Source: an uncultured Gammaproteobacteria bacterium
Lineage (GTDB): Bacteria; Pseudomonadota; Gammaproteobacteria; Methylococcales; Methylomonadaceae
Direction: 5' to 3'
DNA length: 64,000 nt
Assembly (NCBI GenBank): GCA_963814825.1
Contig: CAWFEF010000004.1
Span: 455,556-519,555, forward strand
In this document: positions 44,905 to 53,755 of the stretch, piece by piece
Numbering within the stretch: the first letter of the stretch is position 1
Layout: every line of letters starts with the position of its first letter
Made by a program: the position numbers and the translations under genes
The notes under the pieces: model-generated
Database searches by the model: none
What the model was told of the DNA's origin: nothing
What the model saw: only the letters and a program-made list of their open reading frames with translations

Positions 44905-45050
44905 GCTTGCCTCGTTCCCACGCGCTGCGTGGGAATGCAGTCAAGGCGAGCTGCGCCGCAAGTCCCTGTAAACGCCGAAATACAGAGAACCTCAACGTAG
45001 GACGCAGCGCGTCCCATATCGCATTCCCACGCAGCGCGTGGGAACGAGGC
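44905..45050. repeat. Cluster of family-6 palindromic units: two inverted GTTCCCACGC-GCGTGGGAA(C/T)G units plus GGACGCAGCGCGTCC
   Basis: The units lie at 44911-44938, 45001-45015 and 45021-45048, and the second unit is the reverse complement of the first. Confidence 0.5.
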
Positions 45051-45105
45051 AATGGACATGCTCTACTGCGTATTGTTTAGAGATTCCTTACACAAGGATA
45101 ATCAG

Positions 45106-45300
45106 ATGCGAATTGATATAATCATTGACGACACCTTAATGGCCGATGTTTTAAAAGCGACAGGCGCAAAATCCAAGCGCGAAGCGGTAGAACTCGGTTT
45201 AAAAGCCTTATTGATGTTAAAGCAGCAAGAGGGCATCAAAGCCTTTAAAGGCAAGTTAAAATGGGAGGGGGATCTGGAGCAAATGAGGACTGATCGGTGA
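45106..45300 (+). CDS. vapB: VapB-type antitoxin (64 aa)
   Basis: The sequence reads MRIDIIIDDTLMADVLKATGAKSKREAVELGLKALL. An AAGGA ribosome-binding site precedes the gene and its stop overlaps the vapC GTG start. Confidence 0.7.
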   Translation: MRIDIIIDDTLMADVLKATGAKSKREAVELGLKALLMLKQQEGIKAFKGKLKWEGDLEQMRTDR

Positions 45301-45686
45301 TTCTGGTCGATTCCAGTGTTTGGATCGATTATTTCAACGGCACAGAAACACTGGCAACCAAAAAATTGGATAATCTGCTGGGCGTGCAGCCGTTATGTAC
45401 TGGGGATTTGATTCTGGCGGAAGTGCTGCAAGGATTCAGATTAGACCAGGATTACCAAGCCGCAAAAAGCCTGCTTTGCTCCTTGCCAGTCCACGCTATG
45501 TTAGGCGTAACCCTCAGTTTGAAAAGCGCCGAAAATTTCAGGCAGTTGCGTAAACAAGGCATTACGATCCGAAAAACCATCGATACGATGATTGCTACAT
45601 TCTGCATTGAAAACGAATTGTCGCTATTGCATTCAGACAAGGATTTTCAGCCCTTTCAACAGTTTTTGGGTTTGCAGGTTATATAG
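45297..45686 (+). CDS. vapC: VapC PIN-domain ribonuclease toxin
   Basis: The acidic residues of MILVDSSVWIDYF...GDLILAEVLQG...IDTMIATFCIENELSLLHSDKDF fit the PIN signature. Confidence 0.8.
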   Translation: MILVDSSVWIDYFNGTETLATKKLDNLLGVQPLCTGDLILAEVLQGFRLDQDYQAAKSLLCSLPVHAMLGVTLSLKSAENFRQLRKQGITIRKTIDTMIATFCIENELSLLHSDKDFQPFQQFLGLQVI

Positions 45687-45754
45687 AGCTTTCCTTTAGC
45701 TCTTATCATTTATTGGGGTACAATCAGAAAACATAGCTAGGCGAAACATCATCA

Positions 45755-45955
45755 ATGGAGATCATTATGAGCAGTCCTAAAACGGAAGTGGCATCTATGC
45801 TGGAGGCACTTGCCGATGACGTAGACTTTGAAGATATTCAGTATCATTTATATGTCCTCGAAAAAGTTAATCGTGGTCTTGAAAGGGCTGAGACTGAAGG
45901 CGCAGTACCGCATGAAGAAGTTAAGAAGCGTCTGAATAAATGGCTTGTCGGTTAG
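45755..45955 (+). CDS. Antitoxin (RelB/ParD-like) paired with the downstream ParE/RelE toxin
   Basis: The 66-aa acidic product reads ...DIQYHLYVLEKVNRGLERAETEGAVPHEEVKKRL, and the gene overlaps the toxin gene by 16 bp. Confidence 0.5.
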   Translation: MEIIMSSPKTEVASMLEALADDVDFEDIQYHLYVLEKVNRGLERAETEGAVPHEEVKKRLNKWLVG

Positions 45956-46254
45956 AGTGGTCGCCGGAAGCCATTGAAGACATCGAGTCCATCGCGTCTT
46001 ACATCGAACGGGACTCTCCGTGGTTTGCGCAAATCGTTGCGTCAAAAATTGTCAGCACCGCTGAGTCTATACCGTTAAATCCTGAAATGGGCCGGGTGGT
46101 TCCAGAAATCGGCCGTAAAAACATTCGAGAGCGGTTTGTTTATAGCTACCGGATTATTTATCAAATTGATCCGGAACGGGCATTGATAGTAGCTGTCATT
46201 CATGGCAGCCGACTGTTGCAACCGGTCATTCAGAGAGTTGAGGGGAATACTTGA
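45940..46254 (+). CDS. ParE/RelE-family toxin
   Basis: The sequence LEWSPEAIEDIESIASYIERDSP...RIIYQIDPERALIVAVIHGSR matches the family. Confidence 0.7.
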   Translation: MACRLEWSPEAIEDIESIASYIERDSPWFAQIVASKIVSTAESIPLNPEMGRVVPEIGRKNIRERFVYSYRIIYQIDPERALIVAVIHGSRLLQPVIQRVEGNT

Positions 46255-46516
46255 GAATCTAATTCTGTGTTCACGGGAATAGCTTTGGTACCGTTAAGTT
46301 AAGCCGTTCGTGGTGAGCCCTGTCGAACCTGAGCGACTTAACGACTTGTTCCGCTCCCCTTCGACAAGCTCAGGCCGAACGGAACAAATCTTAACTTAAT
46401 GGCATTGCGGTAACCTGTACGTGTCTTTCGGCTTAATCCTTCGCAATACTGCCATTTTCCTGCATAATCCCCCCTGTCTCACTGTTAAAACATCAACAAT
46501 AAAAAGAAGCTGACTG

Positions 46517-48586
46517 ATGAATAATTTACTGAAAAACTCCATCTGGGTACTGATTGCCGCGCTCGGTGCGGCAGCCGTCGGCGGTATTGCTTTAAACCGC
46601 GGCGAGCATATCAACACGTTGTGGTTTATAACCGCTGCTTTGTGCGTCTACGCGATTGCTTACCGATTTTATGCGGCTTGGATTGCCGCCACGGTGTTGA
46701 CGGTTGATGAAACGCGGGCGACACCGGCCGAGCGTTTGGATAACGGCCGCGATTTTGTGCCGACTAATAAATGGATTGTGTTCGGCCATCATTTTGCGGC
46801 GATTGCCGGGCCGGGGCCGTTGGTCGGGCCGACGCTGGCCGCGCAGTTCGGCTATTTGCCCGGAACGCTGTGGATTTTGTTCGGCGCGGTGCTGGGCGGT
46901 TGCGTGCAGGATATGGTGACGCTGTTTTTGTCGACCCGGCGCGACGCGAAAAGTTTGGGGCAGATGGCACGTGACGAGCTCGGCGCATTGGGCGGCACGG
47001 CGGCGCTGATCGGCACGTTCGCGATCATGATCATCCTGATTGCGGTGCTGGGTTTGGTGGTGGTTAACGCGATGAAGCACAGCCCGTGGGCGACGGCTAC
47101 GGTGTCGGCGACGATTCCGATTGCGATGATCGTCGGCTTGTACATGCGCAGTTTCCGTCCCGGCCAAGTGTTGGAGGCTTCGGCGTTGGGCGTGATTTTG
47201 TTGTTGCTGGCCGTGATGGGCGGCGGCTGGATCGATCACAATGAAACTTTGCGCACTTGGTTCGATCATGAAGGTTTGACGCTGGCTTGGTGGGTGATGG
47301 CTTACGGTTTCGCGGCTGCGATTTTACCGGTTTGGTTGTTGCTGGCGCCGCGTGATTACCTGTCGACTTATGTAAAGCTGGGCACGATCACGTTGCTGGC
47401 GGTGGCGATTATCATGCTGCAACCGACCGTGAAAATGCCCGCATTGACGCAGTTCATCGACGGCACCGGGCCTATTTTCGGCGGCAAGCTGTTCCCGTTT
47501 GTGTTTATTACCATCGCTTGCGGCGCGATTTCCGGTTTTCATTCGCTGATCGCTTCCGGCACCACGCCGAAATTGCTCAGCAATGAACGCGATATTCGCA
47601 TGATCGGTTACGGCGGCATGTTGCTGGAATCTTTTGTCGCGATAATGGCGATGATGGCCGCGACTGTGCTCGATCCGGGCGTATTTTTTGCGATCAACAG
47701 CCCTGCGGGCGTGGTCGGCAAGGAAGCTGTCGATGCGGTTGCCAAAATTTCTTCGTGGGGCTTTCCGGTTACCGTGGATCAGATGCAGCTTTTAGCCAGT
47801 CAAATGGGCGAGGCGACGCTGTTTGCCAGAACCGGCGGCGCGCCGTCTTTGGCTGTCGGCATGGCGAGTATTTTCGGCAGTGCATTCGGCGAGAGCATGT
47901 TGGCGTTGTGGTATCACTTTGCGATTATGTTCGAGGCTATCTTTATATTGACCACATTGGACGCCGGAACTCGTGTAGGCCGATTCATGTTGCAGGATAT
48001 GCTCGGCAATATCTGGCCGAAACTGGGCGAAACGTCGTGGACGCCGTCGGTCGTTTTGACCAGCGGATTGGTCGTGGCAGGCTGGGGCTATTTTCTGTAT
48101 ATCGGCGTGATCGACCCGAACGGCGGGGTCAATATTTTGTGGCCGTTATTCGGTATCGCTAATCAAATGTTGGCCGCGATTGCGCTGTGCGTGGCGACCG
48201 GTATTTTGGTTAAATCCGATAAGCTCAAATATGCCTGGGTAACGGGTTTACCGCTGGCTTGGCTGGTGACGATTACCAGCGCTGCGGCATGGGAAAAAAT
48301 AACCAGCGACAATATACGGATCGGTTTCTTTGCTGCGGCCAATGATCTGGCCGACAAGCTGGCGGCAGGCGCGCTGCCGCCGGAAAAAGCGGCGGTTGCG
48401 CCGCAGTTAATCTTCAACCAGCATCTGGACGGTTGGCTGACTTTATTCTTCGTGGCTTTATTGTGGCTGATCGTGTTCGACATGCTGCGCGTTTGCAGCC
48501 GTTATCTGGCCGGAAAGCCGGTGCTGCCGCTGGCAGAATCGCCGCATAGTCCGAGCCGTTTGGTTGAAGATTGGGTGAGGGATTGA
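46517..48586 (+). CDS. cstA: Carbon starvation protein A (peptide/pyruvate transporter)
   Basis: The 689-aa product reads HFAAIAGPGPLVGPTLAAQFGYLPGTLWILFGAVLGG and is conserved throughout. Confidence 0.85.
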   Translation: MNNLLKNSIWVLIAALGAAAVGGIALNRGEHINTLWFITAALCVYAIAYRFYAAWIAATVLTVDETRATPAERLDNGRDFVPTNKWIVFGHHFAAIAGPGPLVGPTLAAQFGYLPGTLWILFGAVLGGCVQDMVTLFLSTRRDAKSLGQMARDELGALGGTAALIGTFAIMIILIAVLGLVVVNAMKHSPWATATVSATIPIAMIVGLYMRSFRPGQVLEASALGVILLLLAVMGGGWIDHNETLRTWFDHEGLTLAWWVMAYGFAAAILPVWLLLAPRDYLSTYVKLGTITLLAVAIIMLQPTVKMPALTQFIDGTGPIFGGKLFPFVFITIACGAISGFHSLIASGTTPKLLSNERDIRMIGYGGMLLESFVAIMAMMAATVLDPGVFFAINSPAGVVGKEAVDAVAKISSWGFPVTVDQMQLLASQMGEATLFARTGGAPSLAVGMASIFGSAFGESMLALWYHFAIMFEAIFILTTLDAGTRVGRFMLQDMLGNIWPKLGETSWTPSVVLTSGLVVAGWGYFLYIGVIDPNGGVNILWPLFGIANQMLAAIALCVATGILVKSDKLKYAWVTGLPLAWLVTITSAAAWEKITSDNIRIGFFAAANDLADKLAAGALPPEKAAVAPQLIFNQHLDGWLTLFFVALLWLIVFDMLRVCSRYLAGKPVLPLAESPHSPSRLVEDWVRD

Positions 48587-48765
48587 TGTTTAGCAAACTC
48601 AAAACTTTCTGGCAAATGGTGCGTCGTCTTTCCGGGGATGATGCTTATGAACGTTATTTGCAGCACTATGCAGAGCATCATCAAGACGATACGCCGTTAA
48701 GCAAAGAGGCTTTTTTCAAACGGTGGCAGGATGAAAAGTGGAATGGGATTAAGAGGTGTTGTTAG
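48586..48765 (+). CDS. YbdD/YjiX-family small protein (DUF466), the CstA partner
   Basis: The sequence is MFSKLKTFWQMVRRLSGDDAYERYLQHYAEHHQDDTPLSKEAFFKRWQDEKW. Its start overlaps the cstA stop, as in known cstA-ybdD pairs. Confidence 0.7.
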   Translation: MFSKLKTFWQMVRRLSGDDAYERYLQHYAEHHQDDTPLSKEAFFKRWQDEKWNGIKRCC

Positions 48766-48779
48766 CCTTCAGCCATAAA

Positions 48780-48857
48780 GTAGGGCGTGCTGTGCGCGCC
48801 TTTTTCAGGCTTTGTATAACATACCCCTGCCTCTTTGGCGCGCACGGCACGCCCTAC
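48780..48857. repeat. REP-like palindrome, family 1, copy B
   Basis: The arms GTAGGGCGTGCTGTGCGCGCC ... GGCGCGCACGGCACGCCCTAC differ from copy A by one left-arm change (C to T), which still allows a G-U pair in RNA. Confidence 0.6.
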
Positions 48858-49153
48858 GTTGCTATTCTCATCAGATCATGACGCTACTTAACGGAGAACG
48901 CAAAGAAATACAACTTCGTGTTCTTGGCAACTGCTCCATGCGTTGCTCTACCTCCTACATCCATGTAGTCGTTCGTGTCTTGCTGGTAAATAAAAGCACT
49001 TGCCAACATTCTGCATTGTAAGAGGCTTCAACTAGCCTATTACATGAACACACTTTATAATATGCGGCAGATAGCATTGGGCGGCTATTTTTCCGCAACC
49101 GCAATGGCTTTCAGCTTAACCCTCAACCTAATAGATTGAAACAGGAACCCTTA

Positions 49154-50233
49154 ATGTCACAGAAAATTTCAGATGTAGTAAAACCCGGTGTTGTCACTGG
49201 CGATGACGTACAAAAAATCTTTGCGATTTGCAAAGAAAACCACTTTGCATTGCCGGCGGTGAATGTCATTAACACTGATTCGATTAATGCAGCGTTGGAA
49301 GCAGCCGCGAAAGTAAAATCGGCTATCGTGGTTCAGTTTTCTAACGGCGGTGCAGCGTTTGTTGCCGGTAAAGGCTTGAAAGCGGAAGGCCAAACCCCTG
49401 CTATTTTGGGTGCTATTTCCGGTGCTAAACACGTGCACAATGTGGCTGAAGCTTATGGCGTACCTGTCATTCTGCACACTGACCACGCGGCTAAAAAACT
49501 GTTGCCTTGGATTGATGGATTGTTAGATGCCGGCGAAAAACATTTCGCGGAAACCGGCAAACCTTTATTCAGCTCGCACATGCTGGATTTGTCTGAAGAA
49601 AGCCTGAAAGAAAACATCGAAATCTGCGGCCAATATTTGGCGCGCATGTCCAAGATGGGCATGACGCTGGAAATCGAATTAGGTTGCACCGGCGGTGAGG
49701 AAGACGGCGTCGACAACAGCGACATGGATCATTCAATGCTGTACACACAGCCTGAAGATGTCGCTTACGCTTATGAAGAGTTAAGCAAAATCAGCCCACG
49801 CTTCACGATTGCGGCTTCTTTCGGTAACGTTCACGGCGTTTACAAGCCAGGCAACGTTAAATTGACGCCAAGCATTTTGGCTAACTCGCAAAAACACGTT
49901 TCTGAAAAATTCGGCGTTCCTGCAAATACTCTGAATTTCGTATTCCACGGCGGTTCAGGCTCCAGCGCAGAAGAAATCAAAGAATCTATCAGCTACGGCG
50001 TAGTCAAAATGAACATCGATACCGATACCCAATGGGCAACTTGGGAAGGCATCATGAACTACTACAAGAAAAATGAAGGTTATTTGCAAGGCCAAATCGG
50101 CAACCCTGACGGTGACGACAAGCCAAACAAAAAATACTATGATCCACGCGTCTGGCAACGTGCCGGTGAAGTCGGCATGGTAGTCCGTTTGGAACAAGCT
50201 TTTCAGGAATTGAATGCTGTTAACACGCTGTAA
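49154..50233 (+). CDS. fbaA: Fructose-bisphosphate aldolase, class II
   Basis: The product is near-identical to E. coli FbaA over long blocks (FALPAVN...VILHTDHAAKKLLPWIDGLLDAGEKHFA...GMTLEIELGCTGGEEDGVDN...VKMNIDTDTQWATWEG). An AGGAA ribosome-binding site precedes MSQ. Confidence 0.9.
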   Translation: MSQKISDVVKPGVVTGDDVQKIFAICKENHFALPAVNVINTDSINAALEAAAKVKSAIVVQFSNGGAAFVAGKGLKAEGQTPAILGAISGAKHVHNVAEAYGVPVILHTDHAAKKLLPWIDGLLDAGEKHFAETGKPLFSSHMLDLSEESLKENIEICGQYLARMSKMGMTLEIELGCTGGEEDGVDNSDMDHSMLYTQPEDVAYAYEELSKISPRFTIAASFGNVHGVYKPGNVKLTPSILANSQKHVSEKFGVPANTLNFVFHGGSGSSAEEIKESISYGVVKMNIDTDTQWATWEGIMNYYKKNEGYLQGQIGNPDGDDKPNKKYYDPRVWQRAGEVGMVVRLEQAFQELNAVNTL

Positions 50234-50247
50234 ATTGATAAGCTGAG

Positions 50248-50285
50248 GAAAAAGGCCGGTGCGATTGCATCGGCCTTTTTTTTGC
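50248..50285 (+). terminator. Rho-independent terminator
   Basis: The hairpin AAAAGGCCGGTGCGATTGCATCGGCCTTTTTTTTT is present. Confidence 0.7.
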
Positions 50286-50436
50286 CTGGCAATCGGCAGG
50301 CTGTATGGAGTAAATTAATGATAACCTTGGCTAACACGAGCTATTAGACGAGTTGTGCTATTATGCTTGAATATTAAGTTGGATAATTTAGCCGGAAATT
50401 AAGATTTATGTTTTCATCAATACTGAACGTTTTTAA

Positions 50437-53400
50437 ATGCTTATGAATGAATTGAATGAACTCCCCAGTTCGCCGGCGAAATATATTGTCGGTATCGGCG
50501 CTTCGGCAGGGGGATTAGAGGCCCTGGAATCGTTTTTTAAGAAAATGTCGCCAAATTCCGGGTTGGCTTTTGTCGTAGTGCAGCATCTGTCGCCGGATTA
50601 TAAAAGCCTGATGGTGGAATTGTTGTCCAAACACACTGAAATGCCGGTCAATCGTATTGAAGACGGTGTGTTGGTCAAAGAAAACAATATTTATCTGCTG
50701 CCTCCGCGCAAAAATCTCAGTTCATTTCATGGCCGCTTGTTATTAACAGACCAGGATCATTCCGAAGGCCGGCTCAATTTACCGATCGATATATTTTTCC
50801 GTTCGCTGGCCGAAGATATGGGCGAATATGCGATCAGTATCGTATTGTCCGGTACCGGTAGCGACGGAACGCGTGGTATCCGTGCGATTAAAGAACGCGG
50901 CGGCATGGTCATGGTGCAGGATGACGAAACGGCCAAGTTTGACGGTATGCCTAAAAATGCGATTGCGACCGGGCTGGCGGATTTTATCTTGTCGCCTGAA
51001 GAAATGCCCAAGCAATTGCTGTCTTTTGTTAAGCATCCGTATGCGTCTGCGCCCGAAACTTCGATGTTGCCAGGCGATGATAATGATTTAACGCGCATTT
51101 TTTTGATGTTGCGTGAAAGAAGCAAGGTTGATTTTACTTATTACAAGCCGACGACGATATTGCGCCGTATTGAACGCCGGGTCACTATCAATCAATTAAA
51201 CGATTTAAGCGAATACGTGCGTTATTTGCAGAATAATCCGAACGAAGTGGCCACCTTATTTCAGGAGCTGTTGATCGGTGTCACCTGTTTCTTTCGCGAT
51301 GAATTAGCGTTTGATGAATTGCGCGATAAATGGCTGGCCAATATTATCGAGCATTTACAGGATGATGAAATCAGGGTTTGGATAGCCGCCTGTTCAACCG
51401 GGGAAGAAGCCTATTCGCTAGCCATGTTGCTGTCGGAATACCGGGAGCAGACTGGTGAATATTTCAGGATCAAAATTTTTGCTACCGACGTCGATCATAA
51501 GGCCGTCGAAAAAGCCAGCAACGGTATTTATCCAGCCAGCATTGCTGCGGACGTGCCGCCCGACTTGCTAAGCAAGTATTTTATACGCCGCGAAGATAAT
51601 TACCAGATTACCCAAAAAATTCGCGAAATGGTGGTGTTTGCACAGCACAATCTGATCAAGGACCCGCCGTTTACCAATATCAACTTGTTAAGTTGCCGTA
51701 ATGTGTTGATTTATATGCAACCGGTGTTGCAACGTAAGATTTTCGAATTATTCAATTTCTCATTGGCAAAAGAAGGCATTTTAATGCTGGGCACCAGCGA
51801 ATCTATCGGCGATATGGTCGATTACTTCGAGCTGGTAAGCCCTAAATGGAAGATCCACCGTTCCAAAGGTAAAAATATTTCAGGCGTCAGCTTGAGCAAC
51901 TCAGACGCCGGCCCGTTTATAAAAGGCCCTTTTAATACGCAGTTACCTCAACACAGCAATCGCGCCAATCTGGCTTATTATGCAGACGATCGGGTACTTG
52001 ACCGTTTTGTCCGCAGTCTGGCCGATGATTTGCTGCCGTTTACGCTGATTGTTAACGAAAAAATGGAGCTGACCCATGTGTTTGGCGATTCCAAGGATTA
52101 TCTGGCCTATCCCAGCGGTAAGCTGGTGCAGGATGTCACTAAGATTGTTATAAAAGATTTGTCTATTCCTGTTGCTACCGGGATTAAACGAGCCTTGAGC
52201 GGTAACGACGATATTGTTTTAACTAACATTCGTATTCGTGAAGCTCAGGATGTGCGCTCTTTGAATTTGCGCTTTAAAACTTTGCCCGGTAAAAAAGGCC
52301 AGGAGCCGTTGTTAGCTATTTTTATCAGCGAAACCGTCAAAAAAGATGTTTTAAGTGCGTCAGAGTCGATGACATTCGACGTTAATCAGGAAGCTGAGCA
52401 ACGTATTAACGACCTGGATCATGAACTGCAATTCACCCGAGAAAACCTGCAAGCCGCGGTTGAAGAGCTGGAAACATCCAATGAGGAATTGCAGGCAACC
52501 AATGAAGAATTGCTTGCCAGTAATGAAGAGCTGCAAAGTACCAATGAGGAATTGCAATCGGTTAATGAAGAGCTGTATACCGTCAATGCTGAATATCAGG
52601 GCAAAATTACCGAGTTAACCTTGCTCAATAATGACTTGGACAACCTGTTCAACAGCACTCAAATCGCTACGCTGTTTTTGGATGAAAACCTGGATATTCG
52701 CCGCTTCACGCCGATATTACAATCCATCTTTCATATCATGGAGCATGATGTAGGCCGCCCCTATAGCCATTTGTCGCACCGTATCGTTGATATTAATTTA
52801 GGTGAGCTGATTAATTCGGTGGTGCTCAGTCATAAAACCATTGTCAAGGACGTGCAAACGGCGGCAGGGAACTGGTATTTGCTGCGGATTACGCCGTATG
52901 CCATTTCGGATAATATGTACGCCGGCGTTATTTTGACCTTTATCGATATTGACCAGCTCAAGAAAACGCAGCTTGAATTACAACAGCGCGGTCAGGAAGA
53001 AACGCAACGTTTGGCAACGATGGTGCGCTATTCGCATGACGCGATCAGCTTGCAAACGATGGATGGGCAAATCCTGACCTGGAATCGCGGCGCTGAAGAG
53101 CTCTATGGCTGGAGCGAACCGGAAGCGTTGCAGATGAATTTTATGGCCTTCATCGCTGAGAACGAATTGGCCAATGATCGGCAAATTCGTGAAAACCTGA
53201 GAAACGGTATGCCGGTTCAAGGATTTGAAGCCAGCCGTATTGCCAAAGACGGCAGCGTTTTTAACGTTTGGGTAACGGTTTCAGTGCTATATGCCGAAGA
53301 CCATAATCGCGAATTGATCGCTTTTACCGAAAGAGATATCCGTGCCAGACAAATAGTGGAAGATAACGATTGTGTGTCGTGTATGCACCGTTTGACGACG

Positions 53401-53730
53401 ATTGTGATGGATATACAAGACGCCATTATTTTATTGGATCCTCAAGGCAATATTATGGCCTGGAATCAGAGTGCGGAAAAACTGTACGGCTGGCAAGAGC
53501 ATGAAGTGATCAATACCAATATTATTGATCTGGTTTCAGAGCAGGAGCAGGCGCTGACTCGCGATAGAATCGAGGCTCTGGTTAACGGCGAGACCATGCA
53601 GCATAGTTTAAAAGTGCGGCGCTTAACCAAAGATGGACGTGAAATTACGGTAAATTTTTCCGCTTCAGCGTTAAATAATCATAACGGCGAAGTGTTGTTG
53701 ATCATTATTACTGAAAGTCATTTGATATAA
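50437..53730 (+). CDS. Chemotaxis-type signalling fusion of CheB methylesterase, CheR methyltransferase, a coiled-coil and two PAS domains (1097 aa)
   Basis: The CheB catalytic region ([10 protein letters not shown]...[12 protein letters not shown]), the CheR SAM-MTase ([18 protein letters not shown]...LSCRNVLIY), the NEELQ heptad repeats and the PAS motifs (...[14 protein letters not shown]..., ...[14 protein letters not shown]...) follow one another in order. Confidence 0.8.
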   Translation: MLMNELNELPSSPAKYIVGIGASAGGLEALESFFKKMSPNSGLAFVVVQHLSPDYKSLMVELLSKHTEMPVNRIEDGVLVKENNIYLLPPRKNLSSFHGRLLLTDQDHSEGRLNLPIDIFFRSLAEDMGEYAISIVLSGTGSDGTRGIRAIKERGGMVMVQDDETAKFDGMPKNAIATGLADFILSPEEMPKQLLSFVKHPYASAPETSMLPGDDNDLTRIFLMLRERSKVDFTYYKPTTILRRIERRVTINQLNDLSEYVRYLQNNPNEVATLFQELLIGVTCFFRDELAFDELRDKWLANIIEHLQDDEIRVWIAACSTGEEAYSLAMLLSEYREQTGEYFRIKIFATDVDHKAVEKASNGIYPASIAADVPPDLLSKYFIRREDNYQITQKIREMVVFAQHNLIKDPPFTNINLLSCRNVLIYMQPVLQRKIFELFNFSLAKEGILMLGTSESIGDMVDYFELVSPKWKIHRSKGKNISGVSLSNSDAGPFIKGPFNTQLPQHSNRANLAYYADDRVLDRFVRSLADDLLPFTLIVNEKMELTHVFGDSKDYLAYPSGKLVQDVTKIVIKDLSIPVATGIKRALSGNDDIVLTNIRIREAQDVRSLNLRFKTLPGKKGQEPLLAIFISETVKKDVLSASESMTFDVNQEAEQRINDLDHELQFTRENLQAAVEELETSNEELQATNEELLASNEELQSTNEELQSVNEELYTVNAEYQGKITELTLLNNDLDNLFNSTQIATLFLDENLDIRRFTPILQSIFHIMEHDVGRPYSHLSHRIVDINLGELINSVVLSHKTIVKDVQTAAGNWYLLRITPYAISDNMYAGVILTFIDIDQLKKTQLELQQRGQEETQRLATMVRYSHDAISLQTMDGQILTWNRGAEELYGWSEPEALQMNFMAFIAENELANDRQIRENLRNGMPVQGFEASRIAKDGSVFNVWVTVSVLYAEDHNRELIAFTERDIRARQIVEDNDCVSCMHRLTTIVMDIQDAIILLDPQGNIMAWNQSAEKLYGWQEHEVINTNIIDLVSEQEQALTRDRIEALVNGETMQHSLKVRRLTKDGREITVNFSASALNNHNGEVLLIIITESHLI
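52462..52600 (+). repeat. In-frame 21-bp periodic repeat encoding (S/T)NEELQx heptads, a coiled-coil
   Basis: Five to six tandem copies of A(A/C)CAATGA(A/G)GAATTGCA(A/G)xxx encode [42 protein letters not shown]. Confidence 0.6.
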
Positions 53731-53755
53731 GTTCAGTCATGCTATAGGTGAGTCG

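Noticed and set aside
44861-45050. A possible CRISPR array
   Set aside because: There are only two or three units. The units are mutually inverted rather than direct, and they have irregular spacing of about 85 bp. No cas genes lie nearby. They fit REP-type palindromes better.
44691-45080. A 129-aa plus-strand ORF spanning the REP cluster
   Set aside because: It reads through palindromic repeat units and has no ribosome-binding site or protein-like composition. A mirror-image ORF exists on the other strand, as expected for palindromes.
46592-47269. A 225-aa minus-strand ORF rich in Arg, His and Gln
   Set aside because: It is antisense to the conserved cstA coding sequence and is a GC-rich frame artefact.
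52360-52557. A minus-strand 65-aa ORF with its own repeated QFLIG motif
   Set aside because: It is the antisense reading of the 21-bp periodic NEELQ repeat inside the CheB-CheR gene.
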